DNA of 63,999 bases, counting the filler, from Basidiobolus ranarum (taxonomy: Eukaryota), in assembly GCA_040143965.1 (NCBI GenBank). It is 7 parts of 7 records of this genome, joined end to end, with 100 filler letters (N's around TTAATTAATTAA, not from the genome) between each part and the next. Parts side by side here need not be neighbours in the genome. Positions count along the whole stretch, not along the records: positions 1 to 9,099 come from JASJQH010000872.1; positions 9,200 to 18,292 come from JASJQH010000873.1; 5 more parts are not named here. One strand, 5' to 3'. Positions 1-10,533 of the stretch are shown in pieces. Every line of letters begins with the position of its first letter. The stretch's first letter is position 1. Position numbers and translations under genes: made by a program. The notes beneath the pieces were generated by a model. That model saw only the letters and a list, made by a program, of their open reading frames with translations. It was not told the DNA's origin and searched no databases.

Positions 1-1295
1 GACTTATTATGTGATCCCTTCTGGAGTTCATATCTTCCTTTTTGGTTGTCAGGTACACCCTAGTCAGGTACACCATTGCATCAACCTTATTTAATTGCAT
101 TTTAGCAACCGTTTTATTGCTATCAAGTAAACATTCTTAGAACAGTATGTGAGGATGGAACACGGGAATGGTATGTGAACGCTAATATTAAGGGAGCAGC
201 ATTCTGGTGTTCATTGGTTGCTCAAGATAGAGAATGGTAAGTGAACGTTAATGATTAGGTGCTCATTGGTTGCTCAAGATATGGTTTGTAGCTTGGGAGT
301 CAAATCCACGAGCTTCCTGGTCAATGAAGGGTCCGGTATAACTAGCTATTTTGGGGATTTTTGACTGCATTGGAATAAGAATATCAAACAGGCAAGGTGA
401 GACATCAGACATGGATTTGAAAATAAAGTGGCAAATTAAACTAAGAGCTGCAATTAATTTTGTGTTACATGCATCCTACCCTCCACGAAAACCATTGTTG
501 CGTTTTACGCTATTCAAATGAGTATTACCAATCCTCTTTCGTCCAACATCATGGTCAACCATCATGACTTTGAGGATCTAGAGTTGAATGGATTCCTGCT
601 TTCTTTGGTTCTCTTCTAATCCACCGAATTTTACCACTGATCATACTGAATTTGGCGTGAAAAGTTACTCACACCTTGTGCAAACCGTTTATAGCCCTTT
701 GTTTGCAAAAACAAAGAACTTCAATGTTGCACAAATTTGTCCAGATTCGAGCAATTTCGAGGTTACAAGTGGGATAGACCGTGAGTGAATCGTTAATATT
801 AATATTTAACTTGTTGGGTTTTGTAGGGAGTATTGTGAACATCTCTTTTGTATCTATTCTTCTGACAACAGTGCCATCGATCGGGTACGATTTGTTTAGT
901 AAGTCGACTAGTTTTCTGAAAATAGCTCTCCCACCTCCCACCTCCAAATGCTTATTATTGTTTATTCCTCATCACCACCAAATTGCCCAATTACTAACAA
1001 ATGATCCAATACAAATAAAAACATCCCCAGTGAAATCAAGTTGTATATGTAGTAAATTCATAATAGTGTGTATTCAAGATATTTCTTTGCTTTTTGTGAT
1101 GAGTTAAGTCCACTTCACTTGATTCAAAGCACAATTATGAACGGATTTCGGAGATGTCGTTGAATATAAGAAGGTGAAAGCTAATAGAACAGGTGAAAGA
1201 AGAAGGTTAAAGTAGGTTATACATGTGACTATAAAGGTAATAAAAGAGTGCAATAAAGAAAACCCACAAATTTAAGTTTTAGTAAAAGTAGAAAA

Positions 1296-3497
1296 TTATT
1301 TAGACAAATTCCCCGCTGCCATCTTCAACCGATCTAACTCGGTGGCCATTATTCTTCTGGTGGATGAGCTAGTTCTTCCAGCAGTCGGTGATCCAGGTGC
1401 ATTTCCAGGTGACGCGAGGCCACTGGAGGATGCTCTTCTTGTTATTAAGGACTGGAAGAAGTTAGCGATCACTTCGTTTTGATTAGGTCCAGTGCCACCA
1501 TTTGCAGGTAAAGCAGTATTAGAACCGGAGGGTGAAGATGGAAGACTACCAGAGCCTGGAGACCCAGACCCAGTGAATGAAGTTCCAAGTCCATGCTGCT
1601 CCTATTAGCAAACATTAGTAAATACGAATATTTATTCTCAGTGAGAATAAAACTTACTTTGAGTTTTGCAAGTCTAGCTAAGCGAGCCGCGACATCATCC
1701 GAGTTACCACTGGATGGATATCCAGGGTTAGCTAAAGGTAATCCAGCAGTAGGACCAGTAGGTTCTGCAGTACGTTGATGAACCTCATAATGGCGTTCCA
1801 GGAAAGCTTGTTCATCCTCAGCCATGATGACTGGATTCATGACCATGGCCTTTAGATAATAGTACTGTCAGTTTTTGTTTAAGAAATGATTTACGATAAG
1901 GAAAAGCTAACCTGATCAGCGGTAGACAGATTCTTGATAGTGGATTCGAAAAAGGCTTTAGCTCCAACAACATCAGCGCTGTCAGGGTCGTTCTCGTCAT
2001 TATAAAGATCCTTTTCAAAGCCTTTGGATATTGACTCACAATCGAAGCCATCTCTCAGGACTTTTATCTTTCCCCAACTATCCCATCCTGAGGGTACAAT
2101 GACAAGATCACGTTCAACAACTTGAGCACGTGTATTGAAAGGAAAAGTGGTATGTACAAGGGTATTAGAATGATCTGAGGGAATTCCCAATAAACGATGA
2201 AGAATGTATTGACGCAGGGAGCCTAGAGTTTCTTGACGATGGGTAGAGGTATAGAACAGTGCAGCTCCATCTACAAATTGAATGTTACTACAACTTGTTT
2301 AAAATAATCGCTGACATAGAAACTAACATTTAAGACATAAGGTTCTAAGTGTCTGCTGAATAAAATCAAATTGCTCTTCTTTGTAGTCCATTTCTCTTTC
2401 GTGCAGAACGGTCACATCAGACTAAAGCCCATGAATGATTAGATTCATATAGGGACAGGTTTGCTAAGTAAATGCTCTTACCTTGGTGCAAACAACCACA
2501 ATTGGAATACCAAGATTTTTAGTAAGGCAGCCAGGTCCTAACGGTAATAGAACGTCGTTGTTCATGGAGGAGGTAATTGCGGAGTTAGGTATAGAGGGAG
2601 AGGAGTTGGAAATGGAAGGGTCGGTGTATTCTTGGACATATCTTTCCACTACATAATGACGTATGGAGTAAGTATACTAAAATGACGAGTAATTGACTTT
2701 TTATTCCACAAACGAAAGATCTCTTACATTTTTCTTTTGCTTCATCAATGACGAATTTGCCGTAGGTCCATTTATCGGGGTTATCACTCTTCTCATCTCC
2801 ACCCTCTGCTTTGATGCTTTCAATAGCCTCTTCAAGAAGCTTAATCCATCTTTCGAATGTTTCGACAAAGGTCCATGGCTTTGACCAATCGAGAGCAATA
2901 ACAATAAGTGAGCCAGATAAAGTATTGGCATTCAAGCTAAACCGAAGGAGATCATGATATGAATCATCCGAACCAGCCAACTGGTAAAGTCCAACACGAG
3001 CAACAGTTTCTACATTAGAAATAGAGAGCCGTAAGTAACCAATGGAAATGATAATCAATATTATTCTGTCTTGATAAACCTTCATTTTCATCGTCTCTAA
3101 CGTCTACAAACGAGTAAGAAAGCGCAAGCTCATTCTTTAGGTCAAGTTCGTTTTGGTCATCCATAGTATCGGTTCCAACTGCAATACTATTGCTCTGACT
3201 AGTATGGCTTTCGTCTGGAGTGCGTCTGAGATGATTGATAAGAGAAGTCTTTCCAGAACTAGAGTCACCTAATATTCAATAAAAAATTACATAACTTGAG
3301 TTAAACTGTGTATATTTGTTTGTTCGTTTGAATTGAGAGTGAAATATTCTGGCTGAAGAGGAATACGCACCTAGGATTATAACATTTTTAGTTTGAACAA
3401 TCTTGTTCGAAGCTACATTTTGCAAGATTGTAGACCAGATTTCCTCGTTCTCTTCTGCCAAAGGTTCAACTTTTGGGTCACCACTCATTAGAACCAT
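1296..3497 (-). CDS. Cytoplasmic dynein 1 light intermediate chain (DLIC family), 7 exons
   Basis: Manually spliced via GT..AG introns (approx. exons 3497-3371, 3268-3080, 3009-2728, 2648-2482, 2421-2328, 2270-1912, 1849-1658, 1601-1296; 7 introns, 8 segments). Motifs: IWSTIL..V, P-loop GDSSSGKTS, LDWSKPW, LTKNLGIPIVVVCTK, FDFIQQTLRTLCL, IVPSGWDSWGKI, EDEQAFL, C-terminal VIANFFQSL helix; TAA at 1296-1298. Confidence 0.93.
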
Positions 3498-3707
3498 TCG
3501 AAAATGAAGGAGGAATTTACGTCAACACTAAAAATAGAAAAAAGGATGATGCAGAAGGATGAAGAAAGTCCAGTTTTCGTTCTTTGTCAAGGAAAATAAC
3601 TTTGGCCCAATTGAATATTACGGATACTCGTTGAGGAGGTGCAGGACTAAACTTAACCCTTACTTGGTTTACCTCTAGAATATCATGATAAAGGTCAAAC
3701 CCCCTGT

Positions 3708-3716
3708 TCACGTGAC
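3708..3716. promoter_or_regulatory. TCACGTGAC E-box (Cbf1/bHLH-type site) in the divergent DLIC/PPR promoter
   Basis: Exact TCACGTGAC in the ~480-bp region between two divergent start codons; the same 9-mer occurs upstream of the mL59 gene. Confidence 0.4.
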
Positions 3717-3974
3717 ATTACAACAGTACTCATTAAGATAAGCATAGTTTGTGATAGCATATATATATATATGTAACAATCATTTCAGCATAGACGAATT
3801 AAACTGAATTACGTAAAATAAACAATGATCATCGATGAAAATGCTAAGTAAAGTTACTTAACTACTACTTGTCTTCATGTTTACTTTATGCTAATTTGAA
3901 TAAGAGTCGAGAATTTATCATACCGGGAGGTCACTTATAATGCGAAGAAATTTGATGTAGCGATCGCTAGCAAT

Positions 3975-6953
3975 ATGTTGAGGTATCTACTCTCTATAGA
4001 AGTAAATGCGTCTTTTCTGTCTTGTACGTCTCATTCAAATTCAACTGCACTTAAGCAATTTCAAATAGCAAGAACATATTATTGTAGAAATATTACAACT
4101 TCACCTTGTTGTTCCAAAGCAAAACACTTGTATTCTCAAAATCTAACTCGAGGTGTAAAGAGAATTCATAAAAATGCCATCTATACCAGCGCCAAAAATA
4201 CTGCTATCCATAAGAAGCCAGTATACATACCGAAGGAGAGTTTGAAACTACTAGAGAAAGATCAGATTGATTCCCTTAATATAAACGACAAGCTTATTCT
4301 CCTGAAATATCTTATCGCCACATACCGAGAACCCAAAGATATCCAAGAAAAAAGTCAAAAGTTACTTACTTCTATCCGTAATAGTAATAAGTGTTCTCTA
4401 TCTTCAACTCATTTGACGACGTTGCTTGAGTACTATAGTAAGATGGGTTATTTCAAAGAAGCTACCCGAGTAACCGAGGAGTTGAAACAGCTCAATATCC
4501 CAGTTAGCACTTCTACTTGCGCGTCACTATTGTTGATTCTTTGTCGACAAGATTTTAATCAGGGATTTTTAGTGTTGAAGCAATTACTTGAGAAAAGTAT
4601 CAGCATAAATCTCGATAGTTTTATTATATTGTTCAAGTACTGTCGAAGTCTTAATCAATTGACAGAGATGGAGAAAAGCATGAGAGAAATGGGATTTCAA
4701 CCACAGTTGAAGACTTACTCTACCTTGATCTTGGCGTATTCTAAAAAACATCAGATGGACAAGTGCTTCGAGTTACTCCAGGAAATGAAAAGTCACAATA
4801 TTTCAGCAAACAATGCGATTTACACGGCTTTAATTCATGGATGTGGGTCTATATCAAAGCTTGATAAAGTGAATTTACTGTATGATGAGATTATTCATTC
4901 CAAAGCAACCCCTGACATTGCGCTTTTTAATTCGTTGATGCATTCCTATGCGCGAAATTCGAACATGTTGAAAGCAATGCAACTTTTTCAAGAGCTCCCT
5001 GATCGCGGTCTTACGCCAGACATAATTACCTACTCGACAATGATCCATGGATTTTGTAAAAACAAGCAGCTCGATCAAGCGTTAACTCTTTACCATGAAA
5101 TGCTTCACAAAGATATACAGCCAAATCTTGTCATTTACAACACCTTAATCGATGCCCATTCCAAGCTTGGACTATCGAAGAAAGTCAATCAGCTTTACCA
5201 AGAATTGGCGATTCGCCGGATCCTTCCAAGTGTCAGGACATTCAATATCCTAATCAATATGTACGCGCGTCGTTCAGATTCGACAAAGATGTCGGAGATT
5301 TACCAGGAAATGCTCAGTAGACATCTTCATCCTGATGTTGTGACATATTCCACATTGATACATGGCTATAGTAAAAGTGGGCAAGTAGAGCTCGCCGAGG
5401 CTATGTACCGTACAATGCTTGATCAGAAACTCACGGCCAACTCAATCACCTACAATACTATGTTAAATGGCTACGGGCTTTCGGGAGATACTATGAAAAT
5501 GGAAGCTCTATTGAAGCAGATGATCTCTAATAATATAGCTCCAGATGCTACGACTTTCAACATCCTCCTCAATGTGTACCTCAAGCAATCTAAACTAAAC
5601 AAGGCAGCTGACACTCTTCAGAAAATGGATAGCTACGACATTCAACTCAACGTAATAGCCTTGGATTCTTTAGCCATTAGTTGTCTACGTAACGCAGATC
5701 CAGAAACGATACCCACAGTGTTGAAGAACTCTATTCTCTATCAATCCAATGACGCATCTATAGATACCAGTTGCACTAATAACTCGAAGCCTGACGACAA
5801 ATCAGTGTGCTCCAGTCCTTCGCATGAAAAAAGTGTAGTCATACCGGCACCGGAAGCGAAGATATATGATTCAGTGGACCGTTATAATCGACAGATTCGA
5901 GCACTAACAGTGAAAGCTAATATGAGCGCAGCTCACAGTCTCTATGACGAAATGAAATCTAAAGGTTTGTATCCAGATATTGTGACTTGCAACACCCTGA
6001 TATCCGGTTGGCTCTCAAATGGATCCTTCTCCAAGGCCAAGGAGTTTCTGGCCATCATGAAAGAAGATCGGATTTTACCCGATATAGTGACTTACAACTC
6101 TTTCATCAGCTCATGTGCCGACACATCAGATCCTAGTTCAGCTCTTCAATTCTACCATAGAATGGTTGATTGCGGTATCAAAGCTGATGTTAAAACTTAC
6201 AGCAGTTTGATCCACGCCCATGTCAAATGCTCCAACATGGCAGGGGCCAGAGGGGCATTTCGACAAATGCTGGCAAGCAAAATCCAACCAGATATGATGA
6301 TCTTCAATATCTTAATTAACGGATACACCAAATCTTCCCAAATGACTGAAGCTTTTAATACGTTGCACCATGCTATTGAACTGGGCTGCAGCCCCAATTC
6401 CGAGACATATAATGTGCTGATCGATGGTTACTGTAAAAGTGGGAACTATGAGCAGGCCATGGCCATTTACCAGGAGATGAAAGAGAAACAAGTCCCACCC
6501 AATTCCCATACCTTCCCCATCATCATGAATTGCTTGAGTAGATACGGAAACAATGATGAGGTATTGAAGATTTGGGAGCAAGCCAAGTCTCAAAAGCTCC
6601 CTTCCAATACCGCCATCACTATTATGCTAGATTCATGTGGGTTTAATTCGGATCTATCGACCTTGAAAGCCGTTTGGAATTCAGTCAAGGGGGTGTTGAT
6701 TTTGGATGAAAACAATTACAACTCTTACATTGAAGCTTTATGTCGACAGAATGCCTTTGACATGGCAAAGCAAGTTTTTCAAGAGGAAATGAGAGAGTCT
6801 GGGATCCGCCCCACTTTCAAAACCTGCCAGACACTTATCACTCAGTTCAGATCTAAGAAAAGGGTGCAGGATGTGCGTGAGATATCTCGACATATACGAG
6901 CTCAGTACCCTGATTTATTTGATGAACTGATAAACCAACAATCGTTGCGTTGA
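3975..6953 (+). CDS. Pentatricopeptide repeat (P-class PPR) protein, probably mitochondrial, intronless, 992 aa
   Basis: Many 35-aa repeats (PDIITYSTMIHGFCK, PDVVTYSTLIHGYSKSG, PNSETYNVLIDGYCKSG) in two tracts separated by a Ser-rich linker; basic N-terminus resembling a targeting peptide. Confidence 0.95.
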   Translation: MLRYLLSIEVNASFLSCTSHSNSTALKQFQIARTYYCRNITTSPCCSKAKHLYSQNLTRGVKRIHKNAIYTSAKNTAIHKKPVYIPKESLKLLEKDQIDSLNINDKLILLKYLIATYREPKDIQEKSQKLLTSIRNSNKCSLSSTHLTTLLEYYSKMGYFKEATRVTEELKQLNIPVSTSTCASLLLILCRQDFNQGFLVLKQLLEKSISINLDSFIILFKYCRSLNQLTEMEKSMREMGFQPQLKTYSTLILAYSKKHQMDKCFELLQEMKSHNISANNAIYTALIHGCGSISKLDKVNLLYDEIIHSKATPDIALFNSLMHSYARNSNMLKAMQLFQELPDRGLTPDIITYSTMIHGFCKNKQLDQALTLYHEMLHKDIQPNLVIYNTLIDAHSKLGLSKKVNQLYQELAIRRILPSVRTFNILINMYARRSDSTKMSEIYQEMLSRHLHPDVVTYSTLIHGYSKSGQVELAEAMYRTMLDQKLTANSITYNTMLNGYGLSGDTMKMEALLKQMISNNIAPDATTFNILLNVYLKQSKLNKAADTLQKMDSYDIQLNVIALDSLAISCLRNADPETIPTVLKNSILYQSNDASIDTSCTNNSKPDDKSVCSSPSHEKSVVIPAPEAKIYDSVDRYNRQIRALTVKANMSAAHSLYDEMKSKGLYPDIVTCNTLISGWLSNGSFSKAKEFLAIMKEDRILPDIVTYNSFISSCADTSDPSSALQFYHRMVDCGIKADVKTYSSLIHAHVKCSNMAGARGAFRQMLASKIQPDMMIFNILINGYTKSSQMTEAFNTLHHAIELGCSPNSETYNVLIDGYCKSGNYEQAMAIYQEMKEKQVPPNSHTFPIIMNCLSRYGNNDEVLKIWEQAKSQKLPSNTAITIMLDSCGFNSDLSTLKAVWNSVKGVLILDENNYNSYIEALCRQNAFDMAKQVFQEEMRESGIRPTFKTCQTLITQFRSKKRVQDVREISRHIRAQYPDLFDELINQQSLR

Positions 6954-7577
6954 ACATAATCCACTTTGCATGATATAAAGAATCAATATGTACAAACTGC
7001 AAGCCACACGAGTAACGTAGTCCAAAAAATGATAATCAAGTTAAACTTTGTGTTCAACTTTTGTGTAAAGTAAAGTGGCTTCCTACGCCTAGTTTCTATG
7101 CCTATAGTTCAACATGAAGGAGTATTTTGACAAATCGGGTTTAATCGAACTTGAGTGTGAACACTGCACTACAGTGTGATCTTCATTTCATTGTCAATTT
7201 GGTTATATAAGTGTTGTACACACAAGTCGTATGATTTACTTTCAGGTTGGATCAAGGCAAGGTGAAGGTTACTAAGATGTAGAGAAGAGTCCTGATTTCG
7301 AAGCCCATCAACTATTACGACGTTGTTGGTTATTTTCTTAGTAAATGACGTTAGTTGTCGTTCATTCTCTTCAAATCTATTCGTTAAAGCCTTTTTTAGA
7401 GAAAGTGAATGGGGAATAAGAGACTAATATTAAAGTAAAATCAATTATGAGTGGAAATAAATCCCGACAATGAGGTGGTCTAAGGTTGCACCAGATCAGT
7501 GGTCGGAGAATGAATTTGATTATTTAAGCGGCAAGCTCGACAGAGGAAAACATTATCCAGCAAAACCCCATTTCAAT

Positions 7578-9099
7578 ATGGTTCTCCTTTCACAGTCCTT
7601 AGCTTTGCTCGTACTGAGTGTTCCGTTGCTAGTAGCTCCAGGCTCTGACGCCGCGTATGTGTGGCCAAGACCCCAGAAATTCAGTCAGGGTGATTCTACC
7701 ATAATGGTCTCCAGTGCTATCGACTTCCAGATAAAAGGTAAAGGAAGCTATATCGGTATTGCTAAAAAAGCTGTCGATCGTTATCGGGAAATTCTCATCA
7801 AAGAGAAATGGTCGCCATACGTTTCTTGGGCCGAAACACCGGTGGACTCTTCAGGAGAGGAAATGGCTAGAAAGAATATGATTCCCGTCAAGAAAAGTAA
7901 CACTTGGCTGAAGAAGATCATCTTAGATATCGAAAATGGCAACGCAAATCTTGAATTAGGTACCGATGAGTCTTACTCGTTAGACATACCCAAAAGTGAA
8001 AAGAATAACAAATCCGTTACTGGAACCATCAAATCCAAGACCGTTTTTGGTGCCCTTCGTGCTTTGGAAACTCTCAGTCAGCTGGTCAATTATGAAAAAG
8101 ACATTGTAAGTTCTAATGGCTCAATTAGTTGAACAGGTATACTCAAGGATGTCTATCATATAGGGAAGATACATTTCCTATGGCCCTTGGCACATCGAAG
8201 ATAAGCCCGCCTATAAGCATCGTGGCTTTATGCTGGATGTAACTCGTAACTGGTTTTCTGTGGATGAACTGAAGGCCCAAATTGACGCTCTGAGTTGGAA
8301 TAAATTCAATGTTCTCCATCTCCACCTTACCGATGCTCAAAGTTTTTCGCTTGCATCGGAGGTAAGTGCTCAGAATCATGGCAACTATATAATGGTCCAG
8401 TTCTTTGATAGATTTTGATCCCACAGGTGTACCCTCAGCTTCGCAACATGGCATATGCTAAGTATCTGCCTGGCATGATATATACAAAGAAAGATATCCA
8501 TCACCTGGTTGGCTATGCACTTGAGGTAATTGGATTGATTGGTTGATATAATGTGTAGATTGTACCTAACTATTGTAATTCTTCATGACTAAGCGAGGTA
8601 TACGTATTATTCCTGAGATAGAGATGCCCGGTCATGCCTATGCCACTGGTTTGTCTTTCCCTGGTATGTTGGTTTGCGCAAATGTACAACCAGTGTGGCG
8701 AGCTATCGATTACCAGCCTCCTAGCGGTCAATTTGATGTTACACAAGATATCACTTATGAGGTCACAGAGAATCTGATCAAGGAGGTTGCCTCTTGGTTC
8801 CCAGACCAGCTCTTTCATACCGGCGGAGATGAAGTAGGTATGCGCTGCTATAAGGAGAGCGAGGTATTCCAAAAACATCTTAAGGAAAAGAACACTACAG
8901 TGGTTGGTGCCATGCAACACTTCTACAACAAGGTGGATGAATACGTATCTGCTGCAGGTAAACGCCCTGTAGTCTGGGAAGAAGCTGTGCTGAATAAGGA
9001 TCTCAATCTTACAATCCCAAAGCATTTCATTGTTCAGCAATGGACCGGGAGTCAAAATACGAAATCCATTGTTAATCTTGGGCATGACATCATCCAAAG
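7578..9099 (+). CDS. Secreted beta-N-acetylhexosaminidase (GH20), 3' end cut by the contig end
   Basis: Signal peptide MVLLSQSLALLVLSVPLLV, VWPRP, DESYSLDI, TVFGALRALETLSQL, KHRGFMLDVTRN, KFNVLHLHLTDAQSF, RGIRIIPEIEMPGH, catalytic HTGGDE; introns approx. 8106-8163, 8362-8426, 8526-8592. Confidence 0.95.
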
Positions 9100-9199
9100 N
9101 NNNNNNNNNNNNNNNNNNNNNNNNNNNNNNNNNNNNNNNNNNNTTAATTAATTAANNNNNNNNNNNNNNNNNNNNNNNNNNNNNNNNNNNNNNNNNNNN
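9100..9199. other. Artificial contig spacer (N44-TTAATTAATTAA-N44)
   Basis: Identical 100-nt spacers at 9100, 18293, 27481, 36663, 45840 and 55000. Confidence 0.98.
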
Positions 9200-9716
9200 T
9201 GTTTAACTCACATGATGCTCTAAAGTAGGTGCAAGCACAGATAATTGGCATTACATGACACTGTTGTTATATTACATAACCATATTATACTACATGCCGA
9301 ATATTACATATCAATGGTGTCAATTCCTGATCTTGTAAATTGTGCGTATCTAGATTTTAGTCAGCTGTTCTGGATTATTAATTCTCAGGTGAATCCGTAG
9401 TAAATACGCGGGAATTATGACATTTCGGATTTTTCCTATTTGGTTTGTTCTCGAACTATACTTACTATGCTTACTACACTGCCAACATGACTAGATCAAT
9501 AACAAAGGTATTCTAGAAGGGAGCCTGATTAGTACCAGTAACGTCATGGACGTGCCTGTCCGACTGTGAAAGAGGTTTCTAATCAATGACCATCTGATCA
9601 AATAGTGTAAGCTATATAAAGTAGTGATGATTGACAGTTAGAGCTCAGATTAATACTTACCTACCTGTTCTTTCAAGCCACACATAAACCTTTTCTTTAC
9701 CTTCTGTCCATACATC

Positions 9717-10157
9717 ATGTTTAACATTCTCAAATCCTACGCCTACAAGTCCAAGATACTGGAGCGTGCTCTTGAAATCACTGCCAGCCTCCAGCAAGTC
9801 TCCGTCAACTCAATCACTAGGAATACTCCTAGCAGCGTTTGGTACACCAAAACTCAACCAATCCTAATTCCTAACCCTATCTTGAACCGTAGACCACCAA
9901 TACGTTATAGTAAGAACCTAAGCCCTCGTCACTATAGCACCCATGCCTCTACAGTCTCTACAGTCCCTCCTACTCATGACGCCATTCGGTTTTCCGTTCG
10001 CAATAGCGAGCTATTCAATAAGTTCTGTGCGACAAAGCCTAAAAACGACATCTATCGGAAGAGCCAACTAATCAATATGGCACCCACCATAAAGTACAAG
10101 CCAAGATACATTCCACCCAGAAGTATTGTTCGTAGTCGCCGTCACCAATTCAACTGA
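9717..10157 (+). CDS. Hypothetical small basic protein (146 aa)
   Basis: ATG ORF preceded by TATATAAA (~9613) and a pyrimidine-rich leader; no recognisable domain. Confidence 0.45.
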   Translation: MFNILKSYAYKSKILERALEITASLQQVSVNSITRNTPSSVWYTKTQPILIPNPILNRRPPIRYSKNLSPRHYSTHASTVSTVPPTHDAIRFSVRNSELFNKFCATKPKNDIYRKSQLINMAPTIKYKPRYIPPRSIVRSRRHQFN

Positions 10158-10533
10158 GACTACTTTTGTACTTCCTCCTTGTAATCCATCAAGATGTATT
10201 AGTATTTGTTGATTACTTAATATGTTACCATTTGAGTTTTGAAATGTACAATAAATGTAAATTTATACAAAGTAATTGCTGTTATACAAGGTTTAGTTTA
10301 TTTATCAAGTTAGCCTCACTTTTGTACCTGCTTTTTCATCGTCCCGAAGCCTTGGGTGAGAATTATGCTGAAATATAAATATAAGGCAAAATGGTATGTT
10401 CTATGTTTTATTTCTCCTACGATTAAGTGAAAATACGGTTGGTTTTTGAGGAATCTCGGTAAATATTGTATAACATATATATAGACACATCACGTAATAG
10501 TGATACTAATGCAACAGAATAGAAATCTCTATT

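Noticed and set aside
48-281. Short direct repeats (GTCAGGTACACC x2; TCATTGGTTGCTCAAGATA x2)
   Set aside because: Probably local duplication in an unclassifiable repeat remnant; too little context.
669-947. 92-aa minus-strand ORF near the window start
   Set aside because: No recognisable motif or splice model; cannot be supported as a gene.
7470-7577. Upstream ATG extension of the GH20 ORF
   Set aside because: The ATG at 7578 gives a clean signal peptide; the extension looks like promoter or UTR.
9144-9155. TTAATTAATTAA palindrome repeated in every N run
   Set aside because: Synthetic six-frame stop linker added during contig concatenation.
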